The notes under the pieces: generated by a model | Databases searched by the model: none | Told to the model about the DNA's origin: nothing | What the model saw: only the letters and a program-made list of their open reading frames with translations | Source of the DNA: Candidatus Hermodarchaeota archaeon | GTDB taxonomy: Archaea > Asgardarchaeota > Hermodarchaeia > Hermodarchaeales > Hermodarchaeaceae | DNA: 64,000 nucleotides | Direction of reading: 5' to 3' | Assembly (NCBI GenBank): GCA_016840065.1 | Contig: JAEOTB010000091.1 | Span: 32,001-96,000 of the forward strand | Position numbers and translations under genes: made by a program | Part shown: positions 1 through 10,680 of the stretch, piece by piece | How the letters are laid out: every line of letters starts with the position of its first letter | How positions within the stretch are numbered: the first letter of the stretch is position 1

Positions 1-273
1 TCAAAGAAAGTAATTACCGATTCGGGTGGTGCTCAAAAAGAAGCGTACGCTTTTGGGATACCCTCCGTTATTCTACTTCATGTTCCAGTCTGGCAAGAAC
101 TAGTTGAAGTTGGCTGGAATCTTCCTGTGAGCAATGAACCGGATAAGATTAGACAAGCAATTTTAGAGTTCTGGCCTCGTGGTAAACGCCCACCTATTTT
201 CGGCGATGGACGAGCTGGAGACAAGATTTTACAGACACTGCACCAAGAATATGACAAGCTGCTCTCAGGATGA
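1..273 (+). CDS. wecB: UDP-N-acetylglucosamine 2-epimerase, C-terminal fragment (runs off window start)
   Basis: Own translation of frame 1: ITDSGGAQKEA...PPIFGDGRAGDKI, stop TGA at 271-273. Confidence 0.85.
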   Translation, partial: SKKVITDSGGAQKEAYAFGIPSVILLHVPVWQELVEVGWNLPVSNEPDKIRQAILEFWPRGKRPPIFGDGRAGDKILQTLHQEYDKLLSG

Positions 274-297
274 AGAAATCTTAAAGGAGTCAATAAC

Positions 298-1044
298 ATG
301 CAAGAACTCGAGGGAAAAACAGCTTTAGTGACTGGGGCTGGAAGAGCCTTAGGGCGTGAGATTGCGTTATACCTAGCCAGAAGTGGAGCGGATATAGTTG
401 TAAACTACAACACTTCCTCGGACGGCGCAGGGCAGGTCTGTACTGAAATCTCAGAAATTGGTCGCAAGTCACTGTCAGTAAAAGCTGATGTGAAGAACCC
501 AGACGCTGTTCGTGAAATGTTTCAAAGAACTAGCTCTGAATTCGGTTCTGTTGACATTCTAGTGAATAATGCAGCTATTAATATCGATTCAACTGTTAGA
601 GGGATGGATAACGAGACATGGAATGAAGTTCTTACTGTTAATGCGACAGGCACATTCTATTGTACGCGAGAGGCGATCCCCACTATGCGAACTAATGGTT
701 GGGGGCGCATCATAAATATCAGCTCTGTAGTTGGCTGCACTGGAGTTATAGGAGCAGCGAATTATGCCGCCTCGAAGGCCGCAGTTATAGGTTTCACAAA
801 ATCTGTCGCACGAGAAGTAGCACGTCACAATATCACAGCAAATGTCGTTGCGCCAGGATATATCGATATTGGCATGCTACAGAAACTGCCCAAGAAGATA
901 CAAGACAAACTTCTTCAACAAATCCCGTTAGGCCGTTTTGGACACCCGAGGGAATTGGCGGCAGCAGTTGCATTTCTTGCATCGCCGGAAGCAGCATACA
1001 TTACTGGTCAGGTTATCCACGTTAACGGCGGTTTCTATATGTAA
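298..1044 (+). CDS. fabG: SDR oxidoreductase, FabG/acetoacetyl-CoA reductase-like
   Basis: TGAGRALG, NNA, YAASK and NVVAPG motifs. Confidence 0.8.
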   Translation: MQELEGKTALVTGAGRALGREIALYLARSGADIVVNYNTSSDGAGQVCTEISEIGRKSLSVKADVKNPDAVREMFQRTSSEFGSVDILVNNAAINIDSTVRGMDNETWNEVLTVNATGTFYCTREAIPTMRTNGWGRIINISSVVGCTGVIGAANYAASKAAVIGFTKSVAREVARHNITANVVAPGYIDIGMLQKLPKKIQDKLLQQIPLGRFGHPRELAAAVAFLASPEAAYITGQVIHVNGGFYM

Positions 1045-1110
1045 TACTAGTGCGGTTAGTGAGATAGCTGGGGAACCAGTAGTAAGAACCGAACAGAAAG
1101 TGCATAACCA

Positions 1111-2631
1111 CTAACCAAACATCAGTCTAAGAAGTGGACTGGTATAGCGTGCGATTTTTGCAATTGATTCCTCCGAAAAAAATGCTTGTGCTATCTCAAG
1201 GAAGTCCCTCTTAGTTAGAATATCTAGCCGCGTATACGCAACAAGTGTAACTAAAAGAATTAGAGGAACCCCAAAGAACCACGGTAAGGGAAACAGAAAA
1301 GGTACACCGAATAGCCAGAAGATATGGAACAGGAGAAGAATAACCGTCAACCCTCCAGGAATAGCAATTGTTTTTGCATATTGCCCCCAATCGAGACCAT
1401 ATCTAAGTCTTCTAGCAGATAGGATGATAGGTATTAGCGCCAAGAAGAATCCTGAAGAATATGCGATGGCTGCGCCAGTAGATCCTAAGCCTACGATTAA
1501 AAGAGCATAAAGCACAAACCTGCTGACATTCAAAACTAGACCTAGAATGGTTACATGTATGTATTTACCAGTAGCGTAAATGTAACCTTCATATCCAACA
1601 ACGATTGGATAGACTGTTGTACCCATCATAAGAATGAAGAAGGGAATATTGGCAAGTTCATATGTTGGCCCGAGTAACGAGAAGAGGAGGGGGGAATAAA
1701 GTGCGAATACAAGGGCTACTGGAGTGGTTACAGCAAGTAAGAGCTGTATTGTCCTTGATGCCATACCTTTCTGGCCAGTATCCAAACTACTTAGAACAGG
1801 AAGCATGAGAACCCCCACGCTCAACGGTAAGGAATAGATGATTTGTGCTATCATAAAGGCGATGAAATAGAGGCCTGTTTCTGCACTACCCGTGATGCCG
1901 TAGATACCCAAAACGCCTAGAGATTGGGAAAGAATAGTTAGTGTGTATGGAATCCACGAAGGTGAACCAGACTCGAAAAGTGGTTTGATTTCAGTGCTAT
2001 GGAATTCCATTCTCGTCTTTAGTCTTCTAAACAATCTTATTGTGTGACCTAATAGAACAATGTCCAATGTAATTGAGGCTGCGAAAATTCCATACACAAG
2101 ACCGAGGAATCCCCATCCGAAAGCCATCAGCAAGAACCCAATCCCTAGTTTTGCTATTGCTGACAGGATTTGTGCAGAAGCGGATATTTCTGTTCGTAGT
2201 ATAGAGTTGAAGAGTGATACGAGGAGAACGGGCCAGAAATTAAGGGAGAAGAGCAATGCAACGAAGTACAATTCATAGGGCGCTAAAAAGAATAGAGGCG
2301 TACCAGTAAACGCCATTGAGAGAAAAACAATGGATACTGGGAGATTCAAAAGAAGGAGTATGATAAGGGATGTGTAGAAATATGATGTTAATTTCTGGTC
2401 GTCCTCTTTCCCTCGGCTAATACCGATGAATCTTCGAAGACCAACGGGTATACCGAATGAGAAGAAAGTAACTAACAGGTTCTGTAATGAGATGATAACC
2501 CCTGCGGACCCTATCATTTCGGGGAGAACTAGTCGCGCTGCAATTATCCAATAGACATAACCCAATATGCTTGATAATAAGCCTCCAATGTAAAGCCATA
2601 TACTGCCCTTGACGACTCGCCCGATACTCAA
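1111..2631 (-). CDS. Wzx-like oligosaccharide flippase
   Basis: 506 aa, 12-14 hydrophobic segments, flippase-like N-terminus, glycosylation context. Confidence 0.8.
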   Translation of the reverse strand: MSIGRVVKGSIWLYIGGLLSSILGYVYWIIAARLVLPEMIGSAGVIISLQNLLVTFFSFGIPVGLRRFIGISRGKEDDQKLTSYFYTSLIILLLLNLPVSIVFLSMAFTGTPLFFLAPYELYFVALLFSLNFWPVLLVSLFNSILRTEISASAQILSAIAKLGIGFLLMAFGWGFLGLVYGIFAASITLDIVLLGHTIRLFRRLKTRMEFHSTEIKPLFESGSPSWIPYTLTILSQSLGVLGIYGITGSAETGLYFIAFMIAQIIYSLPLSVGVLMLPVLSSLDTGQKGMASRTIQLLLAVTTPVALVFALYSPLLFSLLGPTYELANIPFFILMMGTTVYPIVVGYEGYIYATGKYIHVTILGLVLNVSRFVLYALLIVGLGSTGAAIAYSSGFFLALIPIILSARRLRYGLDWGQYAKTIAIPGGLTVILLLFHIFWLFGVPFLFPLPWFFGVPLILLVTLVAYTRLDILTKRDFLEIAQAFFSEESIAKIARYTSPLLRLMFG

Positions 2632-2720
2632 GGTTCTACACCTTCTAACAAATAAGACCCGTTTTCACCATTTATTCGAATTTTGTTTTTTGTATTGATA
2701 TGCACTTTGAAAGGAGAGTG

Positions 2721-3890
2721 TTAATCATTTGTCTGTATAGATTCAAGTTTTTCGTAAAGTTTCATGTGAAGTGCTGCAATGTTTGTCCATGTATATTTTT
2801 GGGCATATCTTTGGGCGTTATTGACGAGTCTTCTTTTTAATTCACTGCTACGGAGTAGTTCAATAAGCGCTTTTAGTAATGTAGTTGGATCATCGCTACC
2901 AAATAACAAGAAGTGCTTCTGAGGATAAACATGAGGCATACCTCTGACGGCGTTTTCAGTTGCAACTACAGGTTTTCCACTCTGGAATGAATAGATAGTC
3001 TTTACGTGAGTACCACCCAAATTCGGTAAGTGTGGGAGAACTATTGTATCTGGCAACGCGAATAAATCGCCAAGTTTTTCGACGAATCCCAATGGTCTAT
3101 ACCAATCGGTTTTAGGAAGAAGCGCTTTGCTCCCCCTGCCAGCAACAACAAAGATTAACCTCCTTCCTGTTGTTTTTTTAAATTCCTTCGAAATGGAATG
3201 GGATATTTTATACAGATACTTAGCAGCCTCAAGATTGGGCTTGAAGTCCATCGTGCCAAAGAATAGGGCTATGAACGCATCTGGCTCTAATCCGTATCTA
3301 TTCCGTAAAGCCGAATTATCAACGTCTTCTTGGATGTCAAGCTCAGGAACTCCATTTGGGATTACTACCATTCTATCGCGTGCAACTGCTCCATGAAGCT
3401 CCTCATACCAATCCTTGTATATTTGCCCAACAGTTATAGAAGCGCGGCAGAGCTTTAATAGAAGTCTTTGGATGAAAAGCTGGAATCTCCCACCAATACT
3501 TTTCCGAGGATCTTCAGTAAACCATCTGTCATGAAAGACTATTATGGACCTCTTACTAACTGGGCGAAGGAGAAGGAGCAGTACTAAGGTTCTTGTGAAG
3601 GGAAATGATACTATTTGAACTACATCGTATTTCTGGCTCAGACCACCCGCGATAAGTTTGACAATCCACCCAAAAAAACGTCGTAGTTTCAGTAGCCTGT
3701 TAGGCATATTGATTACCTGCAGGTTTGGATGTAGGTCCTTCAAGTGATGCCAGAATCCTCCTGACAATTTCACACGAGCACCCAAACCTGCTAACCCATC
3801 TGCAATCTGGATAATCCTTTCAGGTGTCCCTCTTGATCTCAACAAATAACCTGTGTAGAGTATTAGTATTTGCACGTTTGGTAGCTCCAT
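2721..3890 (-). CDS. GT4 glycosyltransferase
   Basis: VIPNGV, FFGTMDFKPN and GKPVVAT motifs. Confidence 0.85.
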   Translation of the reverse strand: MELPNVQILILYTGYLLRSRGTPERIIQIADGLAGLGARVKLSGGFWHHLKDLHPNLQVINMPNRLLKLRRFFGWIVKLIAGGLSQKYDVVQIVSFPFTRTLVLLLLLRPVSKRSIIVFHDRWFTEDPRKSIGGRFQLFIQRLLLKLCRASITVGQIYKDWYEELHGAVARDRMVVIPNGVPELDIQEDVDNSALRNRYGLEPDAFIALFFGTMDFKPNLEAAKYLYKISHSISKEFKKTTGRRLIFVVAGRGSKALLPKTDWYRPLGFVEKLGDLFALPDTIVLPHLPNLGGTHVKTIYSFQSGKPVVATENAVRGMPHVYPQKHFLLFGSDDPTTLLKALIELLRSSELKRRLVNNAQRYAQKYTWTNIAALHMKLYEKLESIQTND

Positions 3891-4028
3891 ATATCACTTT
3901 ATTTTGAATTGTTCCACAGGAATCCTTTCGAGGGTTCACACTTGGCGTTTTCCTGTTTTTCGGTTAGACTATGTAGCCAATACTTGATTTAATAAAACTT
4001 CACGTCAAGCCGATATTCATCAATTCAT

Positions 4029-7000
4029 TTAGTGTGTAGAACGGAACCTGAGTAGTAAGTTTTGGAGCCGCTTTGTTCCCTGATTGGACTTCCACCAATG
4101 GACGAAAAGGAATGTCAAAAGGACCCCTAGAAGCGGTATAGAGAGCATTATGTTTATCGACTCCGTATTTTGAACTAGGAGAAGTTCATTGAATACCAAT
4201 CGATGATTATCTATTATTACTATACGAGCTTGAGATAAGTACGGCCAATATTGACCACTTGCGTTAAATTGAAAATTAAATTCAAGATTGTTTTGTCCTG
4301 GAACAATTGACATCACGTAAACTTTAGTGAAGCGGTCAGTACTGATTAGAATCGTGATATTCTTTGAATTGGAGGCTGAAAGACCCAAATCTATAGTGAC
4401 ACTTCGATCTTCTTGGATACCAATCTGTGAACTGTGAACAGTAATGTTTTCTCCAGCGCTTGACGTGGTATTCCTTAGTTGAAAGAGATTAGCCTGTCCT
4501 TGAGGAAGAGGTATAGTGTGAATTCGTGGCGCGTAATTTGCGGTAGCATCAATAAAGGCTGTTTGGTTCACATAATTTTCCGCGATTAGAAGATTATCAA
4601 TGCATCCATTAAAGAAACAACAATCAGAGGCATCTACTCCGATCTCCAAGTCAAAGGGAGAAACACGGATAGCTCCATTAGCCAATTTAGCAGCCACCAA
4701 GAAACCATCCACATACAACTCCATTTTCTGCCCCGTATATGTAAACAAGAAATGGTGCCAAGAGCTGACATAGGGTTCTATTGGATACAAAATTTCACCA
4801 ACGCCACCTAGAGAGAATCGTATTTGATTATCCCAAACAAAGACCTCATAGGAACCATCTGCTGATGCATTTCCCTTTGCGATAACTGAGCCATTGGTAA
4901 AGAAATCAGTTTCCTCGATTTTAGCGAAGAATCCGATTGTGATTTCATTTTGGATATTAAGACTTTCACTGGCTCTGACAGTCACGTATTGTGTTCGGCC
5001 ATCAAATTCAAGCGCATATCCTTGATATCCCGTAGTGAGTGTGGCTCCGTAATTATCGCCGTTGTTCCCGTACCCACTTGAGTCTGGTACAACTGTTTCA
5101 TTGGCATCGTCGAATGTCATTACCAAGACACGAGTAGACAAACTCGACAGCTTCGAAATGTTAAGTGGACTTGGTGTTAGAATGTCTGCATATGTGAAAG
5201 GCCTGATGTAAGCGTTTGCGTATTCATACCAAGTGGTTTTATCATTATCACTAATGAGAAACAACGTATCAGCAGGAGCAGTTTCAAGTATTTCATCAAG
5301 ATCATTTAGAGTATCAGGAGGAGGAAGCATCAATCCCTTTTGGATAAGGTCACTGCTAATGTAGGGCCTCATATAGATGTAATTATTCGTAAATACGAGG
5401 TTGCTTTTGTCAGAATAGCCATCAAGAGCGCTGCTCATCGTAATAAAGCCGTAATCCTCATATAACGTAGAATACCTGATGTAGACTGAATGGTAGTAGA
5501 TTCCATTCACCAAAATCAAAATAACCATGGCAATAGAGAAGAATTTCTTTGGACTTGTGTGCCATTTCACCGATTTGCCTAAACTTATTCGGAAGCTAGT
5601 ATAGTTCTTCCTTTTAGTATGAACAAGTGAAGCTAGTAATGTCGTTAAGGCAGCTAGCTGAAGCGTGGTTACTATAATTGTCCAGAGCCGGAACTCAAAC
5701 CCAAAATCAATCCATACACCTCCAATGGTGACTATGGTCAAAAAAAGGTTGATTAAGAATAGAAGTAAGGCACCTAAAAATACTGGTAAAAGATTCCTCT
5801 CTAAGGGGTTATTTATTATATTGGACATTATGAGCAGGGTAAGCGGTATCATGAGAGGTACAATCCAGAGTGAAAGCCTACCGACATCAGAAATATAAGA
5901 TGAGCCAAGGGCGTTGAAGTAGAAAAGACCTAATGAAAGTAATATTAACCAAGCAAGCAGGGATTGGTGAAATTCTTTCCGTAAACCTGGTGAGAGAAGG
6001 AGGAGTAGTGGTAGCGCCACAATAACAGCTGACACCAAGAAGTTAGAAGCTTCAGGACTGAGAAGGCAATAGAAGTAATCAAGACTGCTAGTTATCCCAT
6101 GTGAGAATACTGTAACTGCACCAGGATTCCAGGGAGGGGCGAGGAACCAACCGAGAATCTGTTCTACTGGGCTTACAAACAGGAATCCCCCGAAGAGAGA
6201 CCCCAGATATTCATTTTGTAAAAACCAGACAGAGATAACATAGGGAATATCAAGACAGAATTCGTAAAGAAGAACAGGAAGCACTAAAAGAGCAAGCAGG
6301 ATTTTATAGCGTGTTTCAGTTTTATAGAGTCGGTAGCGAAGTAGAATATAAACAGAGAGTACCCACATAACAACGAGAACTAGTATGTTAAGCTTGATCA
6401 AGCTCAATGCAGCAAGACCCATTGCAGAATATACTAGATTTGAAACTGAGATAGATACAGAACCCTCAGTTCTAGCAAATGAGCGCGAAAAGAATAGGAC
6501 TGCAAATACCGCGTAAAATGCAAGGGCAAGATCGTTCAAAGAAAGAGCAGAGAAATAAAACATACGAGGAGTAAGGGTAACAATGACAAAGACTGTAATG
6601 CGCATCCATCTTTCCTTTACGATGAGAGATGAGGTCAATGCAGTCATAATAAGAAAGCTCGCTCCGATAAGGCCAGCTTGGTATCCTGCCACCCCAGTTG
6701 AACAAATAAAAGAACATAGAAGATAAGTCCAGAAATATCTTCCTTGAAGCAGAGCGATCAACTCAGCTCTATCCGGCCTAATACCCACCGGAGAGATTAC
6801 GCCATCAATAATTCCCGACAGCGCAGTTGAAATATAACTCGTCTCATCTGGAGCAAAGAAGCGGGGAAAAATATTGATAAACAAAAGTACGAAGAGATAG
6901 GTTGCAAAAACAAGACAGGTAAATAGGAAACCTGATTTGCTAAGCTTTGGTTCTCTTTTTCTGACTACTGAAATAATTGTAGCAATTAATACAAGACTGA

Positions 7001-7316
7001 AGTTAGTCAATGAATAAGTTAAGGGTATGAAGGGGATGTTTAGAAGAAGAAAGCTCGAGGTTGTAAAAACAAGTAATAATGTAGAAACGAAGAAGCCCTT
7101 TATGACCAATTCTGCAAGGCTAGTGTCTGGATTACTACCAAGTGCTATAAGAAGCATTAGACCTGGGATAATGAACAAGCATGGAAACACGAGTATAATT
7201 TTGATTAGTGGAATTGGTTCCGCTATTGAAAGGACAAGATAGATTAGTTCTAGGAGGATTACAAAGACGAAGAGGCTCTGATTTTTCAGAGTTGTAATAG
7301 TTTCATTTGTAGTCAT
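4029..7316 (-). CDS. Large polytopic membrane protein (GT-C-like) with C-terminal LamG/concanavalin-A-like domain
   Basis: Many TM helices with PDETSY loop; DSSGYGNNG, ALEFDG, WHHFLFTY, LYVDG and FNGCIDNL LamG signatures; C-terminal TM. Confidence 0.7.
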   Translation of the reverse strand: MTTNETITTLKNQSLFVFVILLELIYLVLSIAEPIPLIKIILVFPCLFIIPGLMLLIALGSNPDTSLAELVIKGFFVSTLLLVFTTSSFLLLNIPFIPLTYSLTNFSLVLIATIISVVRKREPKLSKSGFLFTCLVFATYLFVLLFINIFPRFFAPDETSYISTALSGIIDGVISPVGIRPDRAELIALLQGRYFWTYLLCSFICSTGVAGYQAGLIGASFLIMTALTSSLIVKERWMRITVFVIVTLTPRMFYFSALSLNDLALAFYAVFAVLFFSRSFARTEGSVSISVSNLVYSAMGLAALSLIKLNILVLVVMWVLSVYILLRYRLYKTETRYKILLALLVLPVLLYEFCLDIPYVISVWFLQNEYLGSLFGGFLFVSPVEQILGWFLAPPWNPGAVTVFSHGITSSLDYFYCLLSPEASNFLVSAVIVALPLLLLLSPGLRKEFHQSLLAWLILLSLGLFYFNALGSSYISDVGRLSLWIVPLMIPLTLLIMSNIINNPLERNLLPVFLGALLLFLINLFLTIVTIGGVWIDFGFEFRLWTIIVTTLQLAALTTLLASLVHTKRKNYTSFRISLGKSVKWHTSPKKFFSIAMVILILVNGIYYHSVYIRYSTLYEDYGFITMSSALDGYSDKSNLVFTNNYIYMRPYISSDLIQKGLMLPPPDTLNDLDEILETAPADTLFLISDNDKTTWYEYANAYIRPFTYADILTPSPLNISKLSSLSTRVLVMTFDDANETVVPDSSGYGNNGDNYGATLTTGYQGYALEFDGRTQYVTVRASESLNIQNEITIGFFAKIEETDFFTNGSVIAKGNASADGSYEVFVWDNQIRFSLGGVGEILYPIEPYVSSWHHFLFTYTGQKMELYVDGFLVAAKLANGAIRVSPFDLEIGVDASDCCFFNGCIDNLLIAENYVNQTAFIDATANYAPRIHTIPLPQGQANLFQLRNTTSSAGENITVHSSQIGIQEDRSVTIDLGLSASNSKNITILISTDRFTKVYVMSIVPGQNNLEFNFQFNASGQYWPYLSQARIVIIDNHRLVFNELLLVQNTESINIMLSIPLLGVLLTFLFVHWWKSNQGTKRLQNLLLRFRSTH

Positions 7317-7492
7317 CTAATCCTCCCTCGAAATCTCATCTGTTATTTAGATTGGAGCATGTTCTTGGTGTAAATTTGATGTAGGTTTCTAGGATGATGT
7401 TCAAACGTGAACCTTTGTTTAACGATTTCTCTATTCGCTTCACCCAATTTGTGTCTATTGTATCGAGCTGGTAAATCAGCATAAGAAACATC

Positions 7493-8311
7493 TCAAGATT
7501 GTAGAATAGAGGTGTGATGTGCTTCTAATATCAGACACTTATCGTATAGGTTCAGCGTTCGCCCTATGATGTACCCGTGGTTACTCAGCCATTTATGAAT
7601 TTCAAATTCTTTTACAACAGACAAATGAATTTCTATGACAAGACGCTTCACTTTGGTGTATTGCCTCTCTAACCCTTGCAGAACCTCAGTTTCCATCCCT
7701 TCAACATCGATTTTAACTAAATCAACAACTTTGGGCTCTGACAATACATCGTCTAAAGGAACCACTGAAACCGTCGCACTTTCCAATGCGTCAACCAAGA
7801 ACTGATCTTTTAGAGAACTATCACCTCTACTCAAACTTCCAAAATGAAGTACACCTCTACCGCTCTTATCCCCTACTGCTACATCATGGGAGCTGACTCT
7901 TTCTCCGAGTTTGTTTAACCGAATGTTCTTAACAAGAAAGTGATAATTATCAGGATTGGGTTCAAATGCAAGAATTCTCGCTTTGACAGCCTGTTTAGAC
8001 ATTTGAAGAGTAAACAAACCGATGTGCGCTCCAACATCAAGTATGTATTTGAACTGTTCTGCTTGTGCTACGTTGTATATTTCTTTGTGATAAATCTCGG
8101 AGATAATCGTCATGATTCTGAAATCATCTAGTGGATATGCCAAGCGATTTCCATCAGGTAGCGCACCAATTAATCCTCTACCTTTAAACAGCGACCGAAA
8201 CGCTGATGTTACAAGTTTGTGACCGAAAAACAGAGCGAGAAAATTAATACTCAAGTCCCTCAATCTGAGAGGGAGTCGGAGTGTTAGCCAATATTTCAAC
8301 CTTCTAAGCAT
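7493..8311 (-). CDS. FkbM-family methyltransferase
   Basis: LDVGAHIG, AFEP and KIDVEG motifs. Confidence 0.9.
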   Translation of the reverse strand: MLRRLKYWLTLRLPLRLRDLSINFLALFFGHKLVTSAFRSLFKGRGLIGALPDGNRLAYPLDDFRIMTIISEIYHKEIYNVAQAEQFKYILDVGAHIGLFTLQMSKQAVKARILAFEPNPDNYHFLVKNIRLNKLGERVSSHDVAVGDKSGRGVLHFGSLSRGDSSLKDQFLVDALESATVSVVPLDDVLSEPKVVDLVKIDVEGMETEVLQGLERQYTKVKRLVIEIHLSVVKEFEIHKWLSNHGYIIGRTLNLYDKCLILEAHHTSILQS

Positions 8312-8321
8312 TTTTCCTCAC

Positions 8322-9437
8322 TTACAAGGTTTCCAGTACAAGATTGTAAATTTGTAGCAGGCGTTGAAAATGACGTTCACTAGAAAACCTTTGGGTCACG
8401 ATTTCCTTGTTCGCTGCGCCCATCTTCTCCCTTCTACTCGAATCTTCTGCTAGAAAAATCATCTTGTCATAGATTGCATCTGAACCTTTCTGTGATAAGG
8501 GATTGAACAGACAGCTTGTGTCTTGTAATGTCTCTGGAATTCCACCAATATCTGACGCAATTGAAGGGAGCCCGCAGCTCATTGCTTCTAGAAGAGACCA
8601 AGGATGAGCTTCGCTCAATGAGGGTAAAATGAACGCATCAGCCATACTATAAATTTCTGGCATTTTGCTGTGCGGTTGATAACCAATGAATTCCACATGA
8701 CTTTTTATCTTCAGCAAACGTGTTAAGGTTAGAAGCCTCGTCTTTAGGGGACCTTCCCCACATATGACCAGCTTGGCATTACCCATAGCTTGATATGATT
8801 TTACGAATTTACTGAAAGCCTTGAGGAGATTTTCGTGATTTTTTACAGGTGATAGACTCGCAACGTTAAGGAAGATTAAGTCGTTTTTTGATCTAATCCT
8901 TTTCAACCTTACATCCTTCACTTCTTGTTTGCTAAAAAAGCTGACATCTATTCCATTATAAAGAGTGCTTATTTTTTGTGGAGAAACACCAGATGCAGCA
9001 AGTTCTTTCCGAGCCCTTTCACATACAGAGATAATATGGGATGCGGTCTCCCAAGTCTTCCGTGTTGTAATTCTTCCTAGAAGGTTTCGTCTGAGCCCAT
9101 AGCCGACACTAGGCACCGAGAATACATCAACACCGTGTGTATGAACTAGGAGGGGTTTGTTATGTATTCTCTTTGTTAGAGCATACCAGAAACCTAGAGG
9201 AAACGAGAATTGTATATGAAGAATGTCATAATGAACTAACCTTCTCAACAACAGAGATGCGCCTAATAACCGTCCTAAGGGGACCTTGCCTTCGAGTTTT
9301 TTTCGTGAAGCTTTCACGAGAAAAGTATCTACATTAACACCAAATTTCGCCACTCCTTTCTTCAATGAATCTAAGTACTGTGTTTTAGCACATAATGTTG
9401 GAATATCAGTAACCACAGCGATTTTCATTGTAAACAC
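8322..9437 (-). CDS. GT4 glycosyltransferase
   Basis: HTHG, LYNGID and EAHPWSLLEAMSCG (Ex7E) motifs. Confidence 0.9.
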   Translation of the reverse strand: MFTMKIAVVTDIPTLCAKTQYLDSLKKGVAKFGVNVDTFLVKASRKKLEGKVPLGRLLGASLLLRRLVHYDILHIQFSFPLGFWYALTKRIHNKPLLVHTHGVDVFSVPSVGYGLRRNLLGRITTRKTWETASHIISVCERARKELAASGVSPQKISTLYNGIDVSFFSKQEVKDVRLKRIRSKNDLIFLNVASLSPVKNHENLLKAFSKFVKSYQAMGNAKLVICGEGPLKTRLLTLTRLLKIKSHVEFIGYQPHSKMPEIYSMADAFILPSLSEAHPWSLLEAMSCGLPSIASDIGGIPETLQDTSCLFNPLSQKGSDAIYDKMIFLAEDSSRREKMGAANKEIVTQRFSSERHFQRLLQIYNLVLETL

Positions 9438-9449
9438 TCATCAAACATA

Positions 9450-10661
9450 TCAGCGCAATACTCTTAGGATTCTCTCAACTTGAGCATTTATGTCATATTC
9501 CTGGGCAGCTTCAAATGCCTGTCGTGATAACTCACGGAGAAGATGCTCATCCTTGGCTAGCTGAAATATTGCATTGACCATAGCTTCCTCATCACCAGGC
9601 TGTACTAAGAAGACCCCCTTTCCTTCCATTTGTCGAAAGCCCCTTACTGCCGTTGCTATAACTGGTTTCCCAGCAACAAGGGCTTCAACTAGTTTCATAG
9701 GTGTATGAATCAATCCTTCCATTTGCGGACGTGGTATCACAACAACTCTGAACAGTTTGAACATATCCTCAAAGAGACATTCTCTTTTTACTGCACCACA
9801 AAAGATAACATTCCGACCAAGTTCCAGATTTTCTGATAGCTGTTCGAGTTCTTCCTTTAGAGGTCCATCACCTATAATGTATAATTTTACATCTTTCTCT
9901 TTCTTGACTACTTTGGCGAAGCTTTTGATCAGGAAGGGAAGGCCTTGCCATTTGGCTAGTATTCCGAAGTAACCGAATGTTCCTGAAGGTATTTTCTCCA
10001 GCTTTGAAAGTGGAATACTAGACGTGTCTACTGCGATTCTTGTTAAGATGATTTTGTCTCGTGGAAAACCTGTTTTTATGAGCTTTTGCAGATGGGCTTC
10101 ACCCATAACCTTTAGAAAACTGTAGACCTGAAGGTTTTCAAAGAGCTGTAGGATGCCCAAGATTTTTGGTGGAAAGAACATAGTGGCTTCAGGGGAGGTT
10201 GACAGAACCTCACCATCCGCAACGCTTCTAATTCCTAGTATCTTCATTATTGGTGCTAAAGGGAGGGTTGGAATTGAATGCCTTATCATGCAAAGTCGTG
10301 TATTGTTTCTTATGAAAGCATAAACTACTGTGAAGATTTCTACAAGGTAGAAGGCTAGTAAACGCAATATTGTAGTCAATGTGATTCCCGTACTGACTAT
10401 CTCTGGTAATCTTGGTGGATAGAGAGGGATTCTTGTCACTTTGATTCCCTTTTCCCTCATTTCGTCGTCGAATTGTTTTCCGTCTTTGTTCAGGGGACAA
10501 ACTAGAATTACTCGCATGCCTTTGCGCCTAAAGGCGTTAACTAATTCGAGGTAGTTGGAGGTGTCACCAGTTGTTCCAGGGAAATTTGATGGTGAAATAA
10601 CAACAATAGCCCCTCGTTTTCCGTTCATCCCAAGACCACCTACCTTTCTTACCATATTCAA
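9450..10661 (-). CDS. GT4 glycosyltransferase
   Basis: IIGDG and PMKLVEALVAGKPVIAT motifs. Confidence 0.85.
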   Translation of the reverse strand: MNMVRKVGGLGMNGKRGAIVVISPSNFPGTTGDTSNYLELVNAFRRKGMRVILVCPLNKDGKQFDDEMREKGIKVTRIPLYPPRLPEIVSTGITLTTILRLLAFYLVEIFTVVYAFIRNNTRLCMIRHSIPTLPLAPIMKILGIRSVADGEVLSTSPEATMFFPPKILGILQLFENLQVYSFLKVMGEAHLQKLIKTGFPRDKIILTRIAVDTSSIPLSKLEKIPSGTFGYFGILAKWQGLPFLIKSFAKVVKKEKDVKLYIIGDGPLKEELEQLSENLELGRNVIFCGAVKRECLFEDMFKLFRVVVIPRPQMEGLIHTPMKLVEALVAGKPVIATAVRGFRQMEGKGVFLVQPGDEEAMVNAIFQLAKDEHLLRELSRQAFEAAQEYDINAQVERILRVLR

Positions 10662-10680
10662 TAAGGGATTGAAAATTACA

